Shown: one piece after another, positions 9,474-19,599 of the stretch | Numbering within the stretch: the first letter of the stretch is position 1 | How the letters are laid out: every line of letters begins with the position of its first letter | Origin: Verrucomicrobiaceae bacterium | GTDB lineage: Bacteria > Verrucomicrobiota > Verrucomicrobiia > Verrucomicrobiales > Akkermansiaceae | DNA length: 64,000 bases | Assembly: GCA_051252135.1 (NCBI GenBank) | Contig: JBPOGH010000008.1 | Coordinates: 128,001 to 192,000 of the forward strand | Direction of reading: 5' to 3' | Program-made: the position numbers and the translations under genes | Notes under the pieces: model-generated | Database searches by the model: none | What the model saw: the letters and a program-made list of their open reading frames with translations, nothing else | What the model was told of the DNA's origin: nothing

Positions 9474-10406
9474 TTAAAGCGAAAGTTCTTCTTTGTAATG
9501 GGCAATCGTCCTTCTTAAGCCTTCCGGTAAAGGAATCCGGGGCTCCCAACCCAACTCTTCCCGGGCCAGCGTGATGTCGGGGCGACGCTGGAGCGGATCA
9601 TCGGAAGGCAGGTCCTGAAAAATCAGCTCCGATCCGCTGTCCGTCAGCTCCAGCACCTTCTCCGCAAGTTCCAACATCGTAAACTCGCCGGGATTCCCGC
9701 AGTTCATCGGACCAACAATCCTCTCATTCTCCATCAGCCGGACAAATCCGTCGATCAGGTCATCAACATAACAAAAGGAACGCGTCTGCTTCCCGTCGCC
9801 ATAGATCGTGATGTCCTCACCACGCAAGGCCTGCACAATGAAGTTCGAGACCACCCTGCCATCCTCGGGATTCATCCTCGGACCATAGGTATTAAAAATT
9901 CGCACCACCCGGATATCCACCCCACGGCTCCGGTGGTAATCAAAAAAGAGCGTCTCCGCCACCCGCTTGCCCTCATCATAACACGAACGAATCCCCACCG
10001 GATTTACACTTCCCCAATAACTCTCGGGCTGCGGATGAACCTTCGGATCCCCGTACACCTCGGAGGTCGATGCCTGAAAAACCCGCGCTCCCGTCTTCTT
10101 CGCAAGCTCAAGACAATGATACGCACCCAGATAACTCGTCTGCGTCGTATACACCGGATCCTGCTGGTAGTGCACCGGACTCGCCGGACAGGCCAGATTG
10201 TAAATGCGCTCCACCTCAAAATCCAGGGGCTCCGTCACCGTCCCCTCCACCAACTCGAATCCGGGGTGATCGAGCAAATGCGCCACATTCTTTTTCCGGC
10301 CCGTGTAGTAGTTATCCAAACAAACCACTTCATGGCCATCCGCCAAAACGCGGTCACAAAGATGGGATCCCAAAAACCCCGCACCACCCGTAATCAGTGT
10401 TCGCAT
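9474..10406 (-). CDS. UDP-glucuronate decarboxylase (UDP-xylose synthase)
   Basis: [48 protein letters not shown]. Confidence 0.93.
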   Translation of the reverse strand: MRTLITGGAGFLGSHLCDRVLADGHEVVCLDNYYTGRKKNVAHLLDHPGFELVEGTVTEPLDFEVERIYNLACPASPVHYQQDPVYTTQTSYLGAYHCLELAKKTGARVFQASTSEVYGDPKVHPQPESYWGSVNPVGIRSCYDEGKRVAETLFFDYHRSRGVDIRVVRIFNTYGPRMNPEDGRVVSNFIVQALRGEDITIYGDGKQTRSFCYVDDLIDGFVRLMENERIVGPMNCGNPGEFTMLELAEKVLELTDSGSELIFQDLPSDDPLQRRPDITLAREELGWEPRIPLPEGLRRTIAHYKEELSL

Positions 10407-10533
10407 CCCCTTGTTCGTATCAGGGACACCGTGCGTGGCTAGCCTTTGTCGCAAGGTCTATTCCGATTACCTCAATTCTTTAAGGTCCTGTCTGACAGCA
10501 TCAACCCAAGAACCGCTTCGCTGAAAAAAAACG

Positions 10534-12984
10534 TCACTCCTGATACTTCTCCACCAGCTTCTCCAGCGTCAGCCCCGTCGTCACTTCCCACAACTGCGGG
10601 CTGTACTGCGACCGGCAACTTTGCGAAACCTGGCTGATCGGAAACGCCGTGTATTCCCGAACGACCCAATCCAGAAACGACGCCGATCCCCAACCGCCGG
10701 TCACCGCATCCGCCTTCCGCGGCTCCGCCGGAAGCTCCTTCGCCCAAGCCGAATCCGGAAGCTCCTTCGCTCGAATCGTCGCCGTAAGTCCCTCCGCAAA
10801 CCACGTCGGAGCATCCTCGTTAAAAGCCTGCAAATGCTCACACAACCCCTCGATGAACACCCCCTCCACCTCCTCAAGCGACGCCTTCGCAAATGCCCCC
10901 GAATCAAAAGTCAGTACCCCGTTTTCCAACCCCGCCTTCTCGCCAAATGCCAGAGTCAGCGACTCCGGCGTCCCCGGTAATCCCACCACCCCGAAAAAAC
11001 TGGCCGCTCGCAACCAGAGCGAAAAATACCGCTCCCGCAAAGCCCCCACCTTCTCCCGATACTCCGGATACGCCGTAAAATCCGCCTTCAACCCAATCGT
11101 CACCGACTGCTCATCACTGATTTTGATCGTCCGCACCTCATCCAGCCTCGTCGGGAGCAACGGAGTCCCCAAAACAACCTCATGAATAATCAGCGGACTC
11201 TTCTGCGCACCCGTCACCCTCACCCGTAGCGCCACCGTCCCCTCCGGCGCATTCACCGTCGCCAACCCGTCAAAGAATTCCGCCAGCGCATCCCACTCCT
11301 TACCATCCGCCGAGACCTCCAGCACCCCGTCCGCCAGTTGCGCGCCCTCCAGCGCATCCCCCCCGGTCGCCACCTCAATCTCACCCGAGACCGCATGCGG
11401 AAACGTAACCGTGATCGCGTCTCCCGGCTCCAACCCACGGTCCGACCAGAAGAACGTCTCCTTCTTCCCGTCAAAGGCCAACTCCGGCCAATAATCAAGA
11501 TGATGCCCCAACGTGCTCGTCACCTTCGTTCCGTGCAACGCTTCCCGGCGGGGCTCCTCATACACCTCCGCCACCTTCATTCCCTGCCGCAAATACTGAC
11601 CCCGAAGCAACTCCAACCTCCTCGTAAAATCTTCGTACGAACGCCCCTCCTCCGGAGTCCATAACACCTCGCTCATCGCCGCAAGACGGGGGAAGGCCAT
11701 GTACTCCACCTTCTCCCATTCGTGCATGTAAGGAGTCCAAAGCGCCGCCACCGCCGGCTCGGCCTCATAAACATCCCGCACCGTCAGCAACCCGCCCACC
11801 GCTTCACGCTCCACACCCACCTTGAGCTCCTCCTCCTCCCGCAGCTGATACTGATCAAAATCCAGATGACGCACCGAGCTCTCCAGACGCATCGTCCGCC
11901 CCTCCTTGGCAATCCGCTCACCCACCCGGGCCAAAAAATCATCCCACAGCGCCTCCACATCCTTCACCTTCCGCTCCTCGAGAATCAATTTCACCGCCGC
12001 CGACTCCTCCCACTCCTTCAGATCCGGTTGCGCATCATGAATCCCGATCACCTCCCCGGGAAACACCGCCGCCATCTCGGCAAATAACGGCTCCAGCCAC
12101 CTCAAGGTCTCCTCCGTTGGCGAAAGAAGATGGCTCCCGTGGGACCAATCGGACCCCACCTCCACCTCACCCGCCACCCCCAGCCCGGGATACGCCGCCA
12201 GCATCGCCGAAACCCGACCCGGTAACGCGATCACCGGAACAATTTCCACATGACGCCCCTTCGCGTAGGCCACCAATTTCCCCAACATCTCCTGCGTATA
12301 AAAACCGCCATACTCCTCCTCATCCGAACCAAAACGATCCCCGTAGGGAGGCGTCGATTTCCTCACCGCTCCCACCCCGGTTAACTTGGGATACTGCTTC
12401 GATTCAAATCGCCACCCCTGATCATCACTGAGATGCAGACTGAGAACATTGAACTTGTGAGCGGCCAGCTGATCAACAAACCTCATGAGATCCTTAAGCG
12501 GAAACACATGGCGCGCCACATCCAGCTTCACCTCCCGCCGCACCCTCGCCGGTGAATCCCTGACCTCCACACAAGGCATCAAATATCCCCCTTCACCACG
12601 CGTCAGCGGGATCAATTGCAAAAAGGTCTGCACCCCCTGAAACACCGCCTCCGCATCATGCCCCGTAATATCCACCCCCCTCGGATAAACCGACACCCGA
12701 TACTCACCCTCCGCCATCCCCTCATGCGCACTCAACACAACCCCCCCCGGAATGGCATTGCGATAGGAATGCGGAATCTCGCGATGCCGGTTCCCCGTCA
12801 CCTCACCCAAACCCACCAAAAGCGCCCGGGCCTCCCCCTTCAATCCCGCCGGAGCCCTCACCGAGGTCTGCCCATTGACCGCAAAATGTCCCGGCCGCGG
12901 TGCCATTTCCCGTGGTGCGGGAACAACCCCCGCCGCCACCCCGCTTAAAAAAAGTGCGCAAATAATCGAAAGAACGACATTCAT
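10534..12984 (-). CDS. GH20 hexosaminidase-like protein with F5/8C-like and BSP-like domains; catalytic motifs degenerate
   Basis: LDVARH, HLSDDQGWR, GGFYTQ and YMAFPRL are present, but HxGGDE is replaced by GIHDAQ. The C-terminal PTWFAEG region is BSP-like but lacks HExxH. Confidence 0.75.
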   Translation of the reverse strand: MNVVLSIICALFLSGVAAGVVPAPREMAPRPGHFAVNGQTSVRAPAGLKGEARALLVGLGEVTGNRHREIPHSYRNAIPGGVVLSAHEGMAEGEYRVSVYPRGVDITGHDAEAVFQGVQTFLQLIPLTRGEGGYLMPCVEVRDSPARVRREVKLDVARHVFPLKDLMRFVDQLAAHKFNVLSLHLSDDQGWRFESKQYPKLTGVGAVRKSTPPYGDRFGSDEEEYGGFYTQEMLGKLVAYAKGRHVEIVPVIALPGRVSAMLAAYPGLGVAGEVEVGSDWSHGSHLLSPTEETLRWLEPLFAEMAAVFPGEVIGIHDAQPDLKEWEESAAVKLILEERKVKDVEALWDDFLARVGERIAKEGRTMRLESSVRHLDFDQYQLREEEELKVGVEREAVGGLLTVRDVYEAEPAVAALWTPYMHEWEKVEYMAFPRLAAMSEVLWTPEEGRSYEDFTRRLELLRGQYLRQGMKVAEVYEEPRREALHGTKVTSTLGHHLDYWPELAFDGKKETFFWSDRGLEPGDAITVTFPHAVSGEIEVATGGDALEGAQLADGVLEVSADGKEWDALAEFFDGLATVNAPEGTVALRVRVTGAQKSPLIIHEVVLGTPLLPTRLDEVRTIKISDEQSVTIGLKADFTAYPEYREKVGALRERYFSLWLRAASFFGVVGLPGTPESLTLAFGEKAGLENGVLTFDSGAFAKASLEEVEGVFIEGLCEHLQAFNEDAPTWFAEGLTATIRAKELPDSAWAKELPAEPRKADAVTGGWGSASFLDWVVREYTAFPISQVSQSCRSQYSPQLWEVTTGLTLEKLVEKYQE

Positions 12985-13085
12985 GGGATTGAGAATGCCG
13001 CCTCCTCACAGAATTCGCAAGTGATGAGCGAAAGGCTTGCCATTCCTCCCACGTATCCACTCAATCCCCTAACTGACTTTTCAAA

Positions 13086-14615
13086 ATGAAAGCATTCATC
13101 GCCGTCTCCCTCCTCCTCTCCCCCGGCATCCTCGCCGCCAAACTCAACCTCCCCGTCATTTTCTCGGACGGCGCCGTCCTCCAGCAGGAAACCGGCTCCA
13201 AAATTTGGGGATGGTCCGATCCCGGAACCACCGTCACCGTCTCCTTTGGCGACCATAACGCCTCCGCCAAAGCAGATGCCCACGGAACCTTCTCCCTCAG
13301 CCTCACCGGCCTCAAGGCCAATGCCAACGGACAGGAACTCAAAGTGACCAACGGACCAGAAACCGTCATCGTCAAGGACGTCCTCGTCGGCGAAGTCTGG
13401 CTCGCCTCCGGACAATCCAACATGGAATGGACCGTCTCCAACAGCAATGGCGCCCAAGAGGAAATCGCCTCCGCCAACGACCCCCTCCTCCGCGTCTTCA
13501 CCTCCGCCAACGTCGCCAAAGCCACCCCCCAACACGACTGGTCCGGACGCTGGAATCCCACCCAACCCGACCGCACCGGCAGCTTCACCGCCGTCGGCTA
13601 CTACTTCGGAAAACGCATCCGTCAGGAAGTCGGCGTCCCCGTCGGCATCATCGAATGCTCATGGGGCGGCAAGCCCGTCGAAGCCTTCATCAGCGAAGAA
13701 GCCCTCAAAGCCCTCCCCGAAGCCAAAGGCCTCATCGAAAGGAAAGCAAAAGCCATCGCCTCCTGGGATGCCGAAGCCGCCAACGCCCGCTTCGAAAAAC
13801 AAAAAGCCGAATACCAAAAGAAGCTCGCCGCCTGGAAACAGGACAAAAAAGGCCACCAACCACGCGGACCACGCCGCCCCGAGGACCCCGCCGTCAACCC
13901 CTCCATGCACTCCAACATCTACAACGGCATGATCGCCCCCATCGTCGGCTACGGAGCACGCGGTGCCCTCTGGTATCAAGGTGAGTCCAATGCCAACCAC
14001 GGCAGCGCCAACGAATACGAAGAACTCCTCGGCTGCATGATCAAGGACTGGCGCACCCGCTGGGGCACCGACCTCTCATTCTACTTCGTCCAACTCGCCA
14101 ACTACCGCCAACCCACCACCAAACCCGGCGTCGAAAGCGACTGGGTCATCGTCCAGGACGAAATGCGCCGCGCCCTCAAATCCATCCCCAACAGCGGCAT
14201 GGCCATCATCAACGACATCGGAGCCGCCAACGACATCCACCCACGTAATAAAAAAGACGTCGGTGAACGCCTCGCCCGCTGGGCCCTCGCCCATGACTAC
14301 GGCAAAACCGGACACCTCATCTCCGGCCCCCTCTTCGCAGGCGCTGAAAAAGACGGCAACAAAATGATCATCTCATTCGATCACGCCGACGGCCTCAAAT
14401 CCCGCGACGGCAAACCCCTCAAACGCTTCGAGATCGCCGGCGAGGACGGCACCTGGCACTGGGGCCAAGCCAAACTCCAGGACGGCAAGGTCATCGTCTG
14501 GAACGACCAAATCGCCTCCCCTAAAAAAGTCCGCTACGCCTGGGCCGAAAACCCCGAAGGAGCCAACCTCGTCAACAAAGACGGCCTCCCCGCCTCCTGC
14601 TTCACCACCGAGTAA
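13086..14615 (+). CDS. Sialate O-acetylesterase (SASA) family protein
   Basis: GEVWLASGQSNME, WYQGESNA, FYFVQLA, DIHPRNK, VRYAW; signal peptide. Confidence 0.93.
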   Translation: MKAFIAVSLLLSPGILAAKLNLPVIFSDGAVLQQETGSKIWGWSDPGTTVTVSFGDHNASAKADAHGTFSLSLTGLKANANGQELKVTNGPETVIVKDVLVGEVWLASGQSNMEWTVSNSNGAQEEIASANDPLLRVFTSANVAKATPQHDWSGRWNPTQPDRTGSFTAVGYYFGKRIRQEVGVPVGIIECSWGGKPVEAFISEEALKALPEAKGLIERKAKAIASWDAEAANARFEKQKAEYQKKLAAWKQDKKGHQPRGPRRPEDPAVNPSMHSNIYNGMIAPIVGYGARGALWYQGESNANHGSANEYEELLGCMIKDWRTRWGTDLSFYFVQLANYRQPTTKPGVESDWVIVQDEMRRALKSIPNSGMAIINDIGAANDIHPRNKKDVGERLARWALAHDYGKTGHLISGPLFAGAEKDGNKMIISFDHADGLKSRDGKPLKRFEIAGEDGTWHWGQAKLQDGKVIVWNDQIASPKKVRYAWAENPEGANLVNKDGLPASCFTTE

Positions 14616-14663
14616 GCAACATTCTCACTGACAAGCCCCCGCGGCTGTGACGTTTATCTCTTG

Positions 14664-15842
14664 ATGAACACGCACTTCCTCCGGGGGCTTTTTGCGGCCA
14701 CCCCTCTCGCCCTCTCCCACGCCGCCCCTCTCGAATTCGAAGCGCCCGTCCGCATGATGGCCGGGGACCAACCCGTCAAAGTCCAGTCCCCCGGCTACGC
14801 CGCCCCCTGCTGGGCCGATGTCACCGGCGATGGCAAAAAAGACCTCCTCGTCGGACAATTCTCCAAAGGAAAAATCCAGGTCTTCCCCGGAAAAGGCGAC
14901 GGCTCCATCTCCCAAGGCGATTGGCTCAAGGTCGACGGCAAAGTCGCCGAAATCCCCGGCGTCTGGTGATGCACCTCCTCCACTCCACAGGTTGTGGATC
15001 TCAACAACGACGGTCACCCCGACATCCTCTCCGGCTCCTACTCCGCCCATGAAATCGATGGCATGGCCGGACTCTTCCAGGTCCTCTGGGGCTCCGAAAA
15101 AGGCTTCCAAAAAGCCACCCCACTCAAAGGAACCGACGACAAACCCCTCCTCATCGGAGACCCCTCAAACGACGACACCGTCACCGAGCGCATCTGCACC
15201 CGACCCACCGCCGTCGACTGGGACTCCGATGGCGACCTCGACCTCCTCGTCGGGAACTTCAAAGGCTCCCTCTTCCTCTTCCGCGGAGAGGGCAACGGCC
15301 AATTCAACCCCAAATCCGAAGACCTCAAGCTCACCATCAACGGCTACCACTCCGACCCCTTCTGCATCGATATCGATGCCGATGGCGACCTCGACATCCT
15401 CTCCGGCAACGCCAATGGCGGCGCCCAATGGGCCGAAAACACCGCCGGCCCCGGAAAAGAAATCACCGTCACCGAATTCCGGGAACTCATCCCCGGCCAA
15501 CACCGCAGCGAACCCGTCTGGGGTGACCGGGATCCCGCCCCCGCCGGATCCACCCGCGTCTGGGCCGATGATCTCAATGGCGACGGTAAGCTCGACATCC
15601 TCTTGGGCGACTCCACCACCATCAAAACCCCCGCCCAAGGCCTCACCCGCGAACAAGTCACCCAAGCCGAAAAGAACTGGAGCACCAAAATGAGCGCCAT
15701 GCAGGAAAAACTCCGGGCCAAAGAACAAAGCCCCGAAGAGGAACAAAAAATCATGAAGGAATACCGCCAGCTCATGACCTCCCGCAAGGACTTCATCACC
15801 GAAGAACGCACCGGCTTCGTCTGGCTCTACCTCGGCAAGTAA
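14664..15842 (+). CDS. Exported FG-GAP/VCBS-repeat protein spanning an in-frame TGA at 14967 (candidate selenoprotein, 392 aa)
   Basis: ORFs 14661..14969 and 14994..15842 share a frame: GVW-TGA-CTSSTPQVVDLNNDGHPD. DxxGDGxxDLLVG repeats lie on both sides; SECIS-like hairpin at 14984-14998. Confidence 0.7.
14967..14998 (+). promoter_or_regulatory. Candidate bacterial SECIS element
   Basis: TGA, then stem TCCACA/TGTGGA with apical loop GGT beginning 20 nt after the UGA. Confidence 0.55.
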
Positions 15843-15921
15843 CCCTCACGGCTCCATGACCGGATGGACAACTTCAAACCATCGTAACCCAAGAGAATTT
15901 AAATGGTGCCTCCGAGGCGGC

Positions 15922-16617
15922 TCAAAACAAGCGAACACTGGAGAGTCCGCCATCGGGGCGGAGGATTTGCCCGGTGGTGAAGCGGGCGGCGTCGGAAAGG
16001 AGGAAGTCAACGAGTTCGGCGACGTGATCAGGGTTGCCGATTTGCTTGAGGGGGTGTCGGTCGGCTGCGGCGTCGCGGCGTTTCTCATCGCCGAGCAGGG
16101 GTGCGGCGAGTTTGGTATCGGTGAGGGAGGGGGCGATGGCGTTGACGCGGATTTTGGGGGCCCACTCGGCGGCGAGGGATTTGGTGAGGCCTTCGACGGC
16201 GCCTTTGGCCGCGGCGATGCTGGCGTGGAAGGGCATGCCGGTGTGGACGGCAACGGTGCTGAAGAGGACGACGGAGGCGGAGGGGGACTTTTTGAGGGCG
16301 GGGAGGGCCTGTTGGAGGATCTGGGTGGCCCCGAGGAGGTTGATCTGAAGGTCGTTAAGGAAGTCTTCTGCGCTCAGGCGGTGGAAGGGTTTGAGATTGA
16401 TGGTGCCGGGGCAGTAGATGAGGCCGTCCAGGGAGTCGGGGAGGTCGAGGTCGGCGGGCTCCGTTGCGTCGAAGGATTGCGTCGGCACTCCAAGGGCGGC
16501 GAGCTGATCATGGCTTCGCGCGGTGGCGTGGACATGATCGCCCTGGGAGTGGAGACGTTTCGCAATGGCGAGGCCGATCCCCGAGTTGCCGCCGATGAGA
16601 AGAATGGTGCGTGCCAT
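15922..16617 (-). CDS. SDR family oxidoreductase
   Basis: IGGNSGIG, AAAKGAVEG (catalytic Tyr position is Ile), RVNAIAPSLTDT, TGQIL..DGG. Confidence 0.9.
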   Translation of the reverse strand: MARTILLIGGNSGIGLAIAKRLHSQGDHVHATARSHDQLAALGVPTQSFDATEPADLDLPDSLDGLIYCPGTINLKPFHRLSAEDFLNDLQINLLGATQILQQALPALKKSPSASVVLFSTVAVHTGMPFHASIAAAKGAVEGLTKSLAAEWAPKIRVNAIAPSLTDTKLAAPLLGDEKRRDAAADRHPLKQIGNPDHVAELVDFLLSDAARFTTGQILRPDGGLSSVRLF

Positions 16618-16699
16618 GGAGCACTATGCGCGGGGTGGAGGTGTTGTCTAAGTGAAATATTGGTCGACAGATCAGGAATCGAATCGAGGGTGCGGGATC

Positions 16700-18181
16700 A
16701 TGGAGGTGAGTCTTGTTTTTCCGCATCAGCTTTTTGAAAAGCATCCGGCGTTGGTGGGCGGGAGGGTGGTTTATCTTGTGGAGGACGCGCTTTTCTTCGG
16801 ACCGGATCCGCATTGGCCGCTGAAATTCCATCGCAAGAAGCTGATTCTCCATCGGGCCTCAATGAAGGCCTATCAGGCGGAGCTGGAGGAGGCAGGCTAT
16901 GAGGTGTGTTACGTGGAGTGTCGTGAGGGGGTGGCGACGGATGAGTTGTTAGCGGAGATTTTTCCCAAAGGGGTGGAGGGGATTCATTGCTGTGATCCGG
17001 TGGATGATGTGTTGGGGCGGAGACTCCGGCGTTTTGCGGAGATGGCCGGGGCGGAGTTGACGATGAATGAATCGCCCAACTTCGTGAGCCCGGAAGACTG
17101 GCTGGAGGAGGTCTTGGGCGGGAAGAAGAAGCCTTTTATGGCAACCTTTTACAAGGCACAGCGGAAGCGGATGGATATCCTGATGGAGGGGGACGGGGAG
17201 CCGACGGGAGGGAAGTGGTCGTTTGACGAGGACAACCGGAAGAAGCTGCCGAAAGGGCAGGTGGTGCCGGAGCCACCGGGGGAGGAGCAGAATGAGTTTG
17301 TGAAGGAGGCTTTGGATTATGTGGAAGAGCGGTTCGAGGATTCGCCGGGTAGGGCGCATGGGTTTGGCTATCCGGTGGACCGGAAGGGGGCCAGGAATTG
17401 GTTGCGGGCGTTCTTTGAGGAACGGTTTCACCTTTTTGGTGACTTTGAGGACGCAATCCACAGCGAGTATCGGGTGATGTTTCACAGTGTGATCACGCCG
17501 TCCCTGAATATTGGGCTGCTGAATCCGCAGGAGGTGGTGGCCGGGGCGCTTGAAGTGGCCGAAGAGCATGGGATTCCGCTAAATACGGTGGAAGGATTCG
17601 TGCGGCAGGTGATCGGGTGGCGGGAGTTTATGCGGGCGATGTATGTGCAGCGGGGGGTGGAGATCCGGAACGGAAACTTTTGGGGGTTTGAGCGGGAGAT
17701 GCCCAAGGCGTTCTATGACGGGACGACGGGGATTGATCCGATTGATGAGACGATCCGGCGGGTGCTTGAGGATGGCTATTGCCACCATATTGAGAGGTTG
17801 ATGGTGCTGGGGAACTTTATGTTGCTGTGCCGGATCCATCCGACGGCGGTTTACCGCTGGTTCATGGAGCTGTTTGTGGATGCCTACGATTGGGTGATGG
17901 TGCCGAATGTTTACGGGATGAGTCAGTTTGCGGACGGCGGTATTTTCACAACGAAGCCATACATCTCGGGATCGAATTATGTACGAAAAATGTCCGACTA
18001 CAAAAAAGGGGACTGGTGTGCGGTGTGGGACGGGTTGTTTTGGACCTTTATCGGGGATTTTCAGGATGTCTTTTTGAAGAATCACCGCCTGTCGCGGATG
18101 GCGCACATGTATGGGCGGATGGATGAGGGGAAACGTGAAGAACACCGGAAGAATGCCGCAGAATTTTTGGAACAACTGTAG
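16700..18181 (+). CDS. Photolyase-related protein (PhrB/CryB-like bacterial 6-4 photolyase type, lacking Fe-S cysteines)
   Basis: FPHQLF, HRKKL.LHRASM, GGKWSFD.DNR, GWREF, HHIERLM, DAYDWVM.PNV.GM, TKPYISGSNY. Confidence 0.9.
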   Translation: MEVSLVFPHQLFEKHPALVGGRVVYLVEDALFFGPDPHWPLKFHRKKLILHRASMKAYQAELEEAGYEVCYVECREGVATDELLAEIFPKGVEGIHCCDPVDDVLGRRLRRFAEMAGAELTMNESPNFVSPEDWLEEVLGGKKKPFMATFYKAQRKRMDILMEGDGEPTGGKWSFDEDNRKKLPKGQVVPEPPGEEQNEFVKEALDYVEERFEDSPGRAHGFGYPVDRKGARNWLRAFFEERFHLFGDFEDAIHSEYRVMFHSVITPSLNIGLLNPQEVVAGALEVAEEHGIPLNTVEGFVRQVIGWREFMRAMYVQRGVEIRNGNFWGFEREMPKAFYDGTTGIDPIDETIRRVLEDGYCHHIERLMVLGNFMLLCRIHPTAVYRWFMELFVDAYDWVMVPNVYGMSQFADGGIFTTKPYISGSNYVRKMSDYKKGDWCAVWDGLFWTFIGDFQDVFLKNHRLSRMAHMYGRMDEGKREEHRKNAAEFLEQL

Positions 18182-18227
18182 CCCTCAGGCTTCAGAGGCG
18201 TGAATCAGGAGATGTACGGGCGCCGCG

Positions 18228-18911
18228 TTATTTCCAAAGCCCGGATTCAAGGGCGGCGTTGGCAGCGTTGGTCTCGGCGACCTTTTTTGACGGCCCGTTG
18301 CCGGTGCCCAGGGCCTTGCCGCACCAGGTGACTTCCGAGGTGAAGACGCGATCATGGGCGGGGCCGCTTTCGTCGATCACGGTGTAGATGGGGGCCTCGG
18401 TGGTGATTTGTTGCAGTATCTCTTGCAGGCGCCCTTTGCTGTTCGCGATCTGGGCGGCCTGGGGATCAAGGAGATCGAGCTCGGGCTTGAGAAGACCGAT
18501 CACGATGTCTCGGGTCCGGTCGAGGCCGGCATCGAGGTAGAGGGCACCAATGACGGCTTCGAGGGCGTCGGCCAGGTTTGAGGCACGGGAGCGTCCTCCG
18601 CTGGATTCCTCGCCATTGCTCATCAGGAGGGCGTGACCGAGCTTGTGGCGTTTCGAGACCTTCGCCAGACTGGGCTTGGAGACAATGCTGGCGCGAAGCT
18701 TGGTGAGAACTCCTTCCTGACAATCGGGAAAGCGGCGGTAGAGGTAGTCGCTGGTGATCAGCTCGAGGACGGCATCACCAAGGTACTCGAGGCGTTGGTT
18801 ATCCGGTGGAGCGGGTCGAATTTCCGAGGAAAGGCTGGGGTGGGAGAGCGCTTCCTTGAGCAAGCCGGAATCGGCAAAGGAATAGGATAGGGTCTCCTCC
18901 AGAGGGTTCAC
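18228..18911 (-). CDS. rnc: Ribonuclease III
   Basis: NQRLEYLGDAVL signature, ADALEA.IGA, dsRBD GPAH...SKK.AE. Confidence 0.96.
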   Translation of the reverse strand: MNPLEETLSYSFADSGLLKEALSHPSLSSEIRPAPPDNQRLEYLGDAVLELITSDYLYRRFPDCQEGVLTKLRASIVSKPSLAKVSKRHKLGHALLMSNGEESSGGRSRASNLADALEAVIGALYLDAGLDRTRDIVIGLLKPELDLLDPQAAQIANSKGRLQEILQQITTEAPIYTVIDESGPAHDRVFTSEVTWCGKALGTGNGPSKKVAETNAANAALESGLWK

Positions 18912-18990
18912 GCGGGAGATGCTAGGATGGAATCGGCTGATGACGAAGATCGAATAAAGTAAAATTGCCGATGGCGACGCTCTCTGGGCG

Positions 18991-19596
18991 ATGAAGCCGC
19001 TTTTTCTTTTCTTCGCGTTCCTGTTGATTGGCTGTCAGGCGGAGCAGCTTGCTCCCGCACCGCCTGCGGCTCCAAAGGCCTATGAACTGGTCAAGGCGGC
19101 TCAGGCTCAGGTCGGAGTGACAACGGGATATGATCCGGCTTATGTCGGATTGAGTTATCCGGGAGGCGATGTGCCGGAGGAAACCGGAGTGTGCACCGAT
19201 GTCGCAATCCGCTCATTACGGCAGGTGGGTTTTGATCTGCAAAAACTGGTGCATGAGGACATGAAGGCCCATTTTTCGAAGTATCCCAAAATCTGGGGGC
19301 TAAAGCGGCCGGACCGAAATATCGATCATCGCCGCGTGCCCAATCTCATGACCTATTTTCAGCGACGGGGAGCGTCGGTTCCGGTGACCAAGGAGAAGCG
19401 GGATTATTTGGCCGGAGATCTGGTCACCTGCACGGTCGCGGGAAACCGACCCCATATCATGATCGTGTCAGACAAGCGCACCGCGAACGGGACACCGCTG
19501 GTGATTCACAACATCGGGGCAGGAGCGCAGGAAGAGGACCGACTGTTTAGTTTTCCGATCACCGGACACTACCGGTGGTTTGCAGAGAAAAAATAG
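18991..19596 (+). CDS. DUF1287 (YijF-like) lipoprotein
   Basis: LIGC lipobox, YDPAY..L.YPGGDVP..GVCTDV, NIDHRRVPNL. Confidence 0.9.
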   Translation: MKPLFLFFAFLLIGCQAEQLAPAPPAAPKAYELVKAAQAQVGVTTGYDPAYVGLSYPGGDVPEETGVCTDVAIRSLRQVGFDLQKLVHEDMKAHFSKYPKIWGLKRPDRNIDHRRVPNLMTYFQRRGASVPVTKEKRDYLAGDLVTCTVAGNRPHIMIVSDKRTANGTPLVIHNIGAGAQEEDRLFSFPITGHYRWFAEKK

Positions 19597-19599
19597 GTC

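Noticed and set aside
14967..14969. Genome-wide reassignment of UGA to Trp/Gly
   Set aside because: TGA ends many conserved genes here at their expected C-termini (DUF1080, tricorn, apbE), so any readthrough is site-specific.
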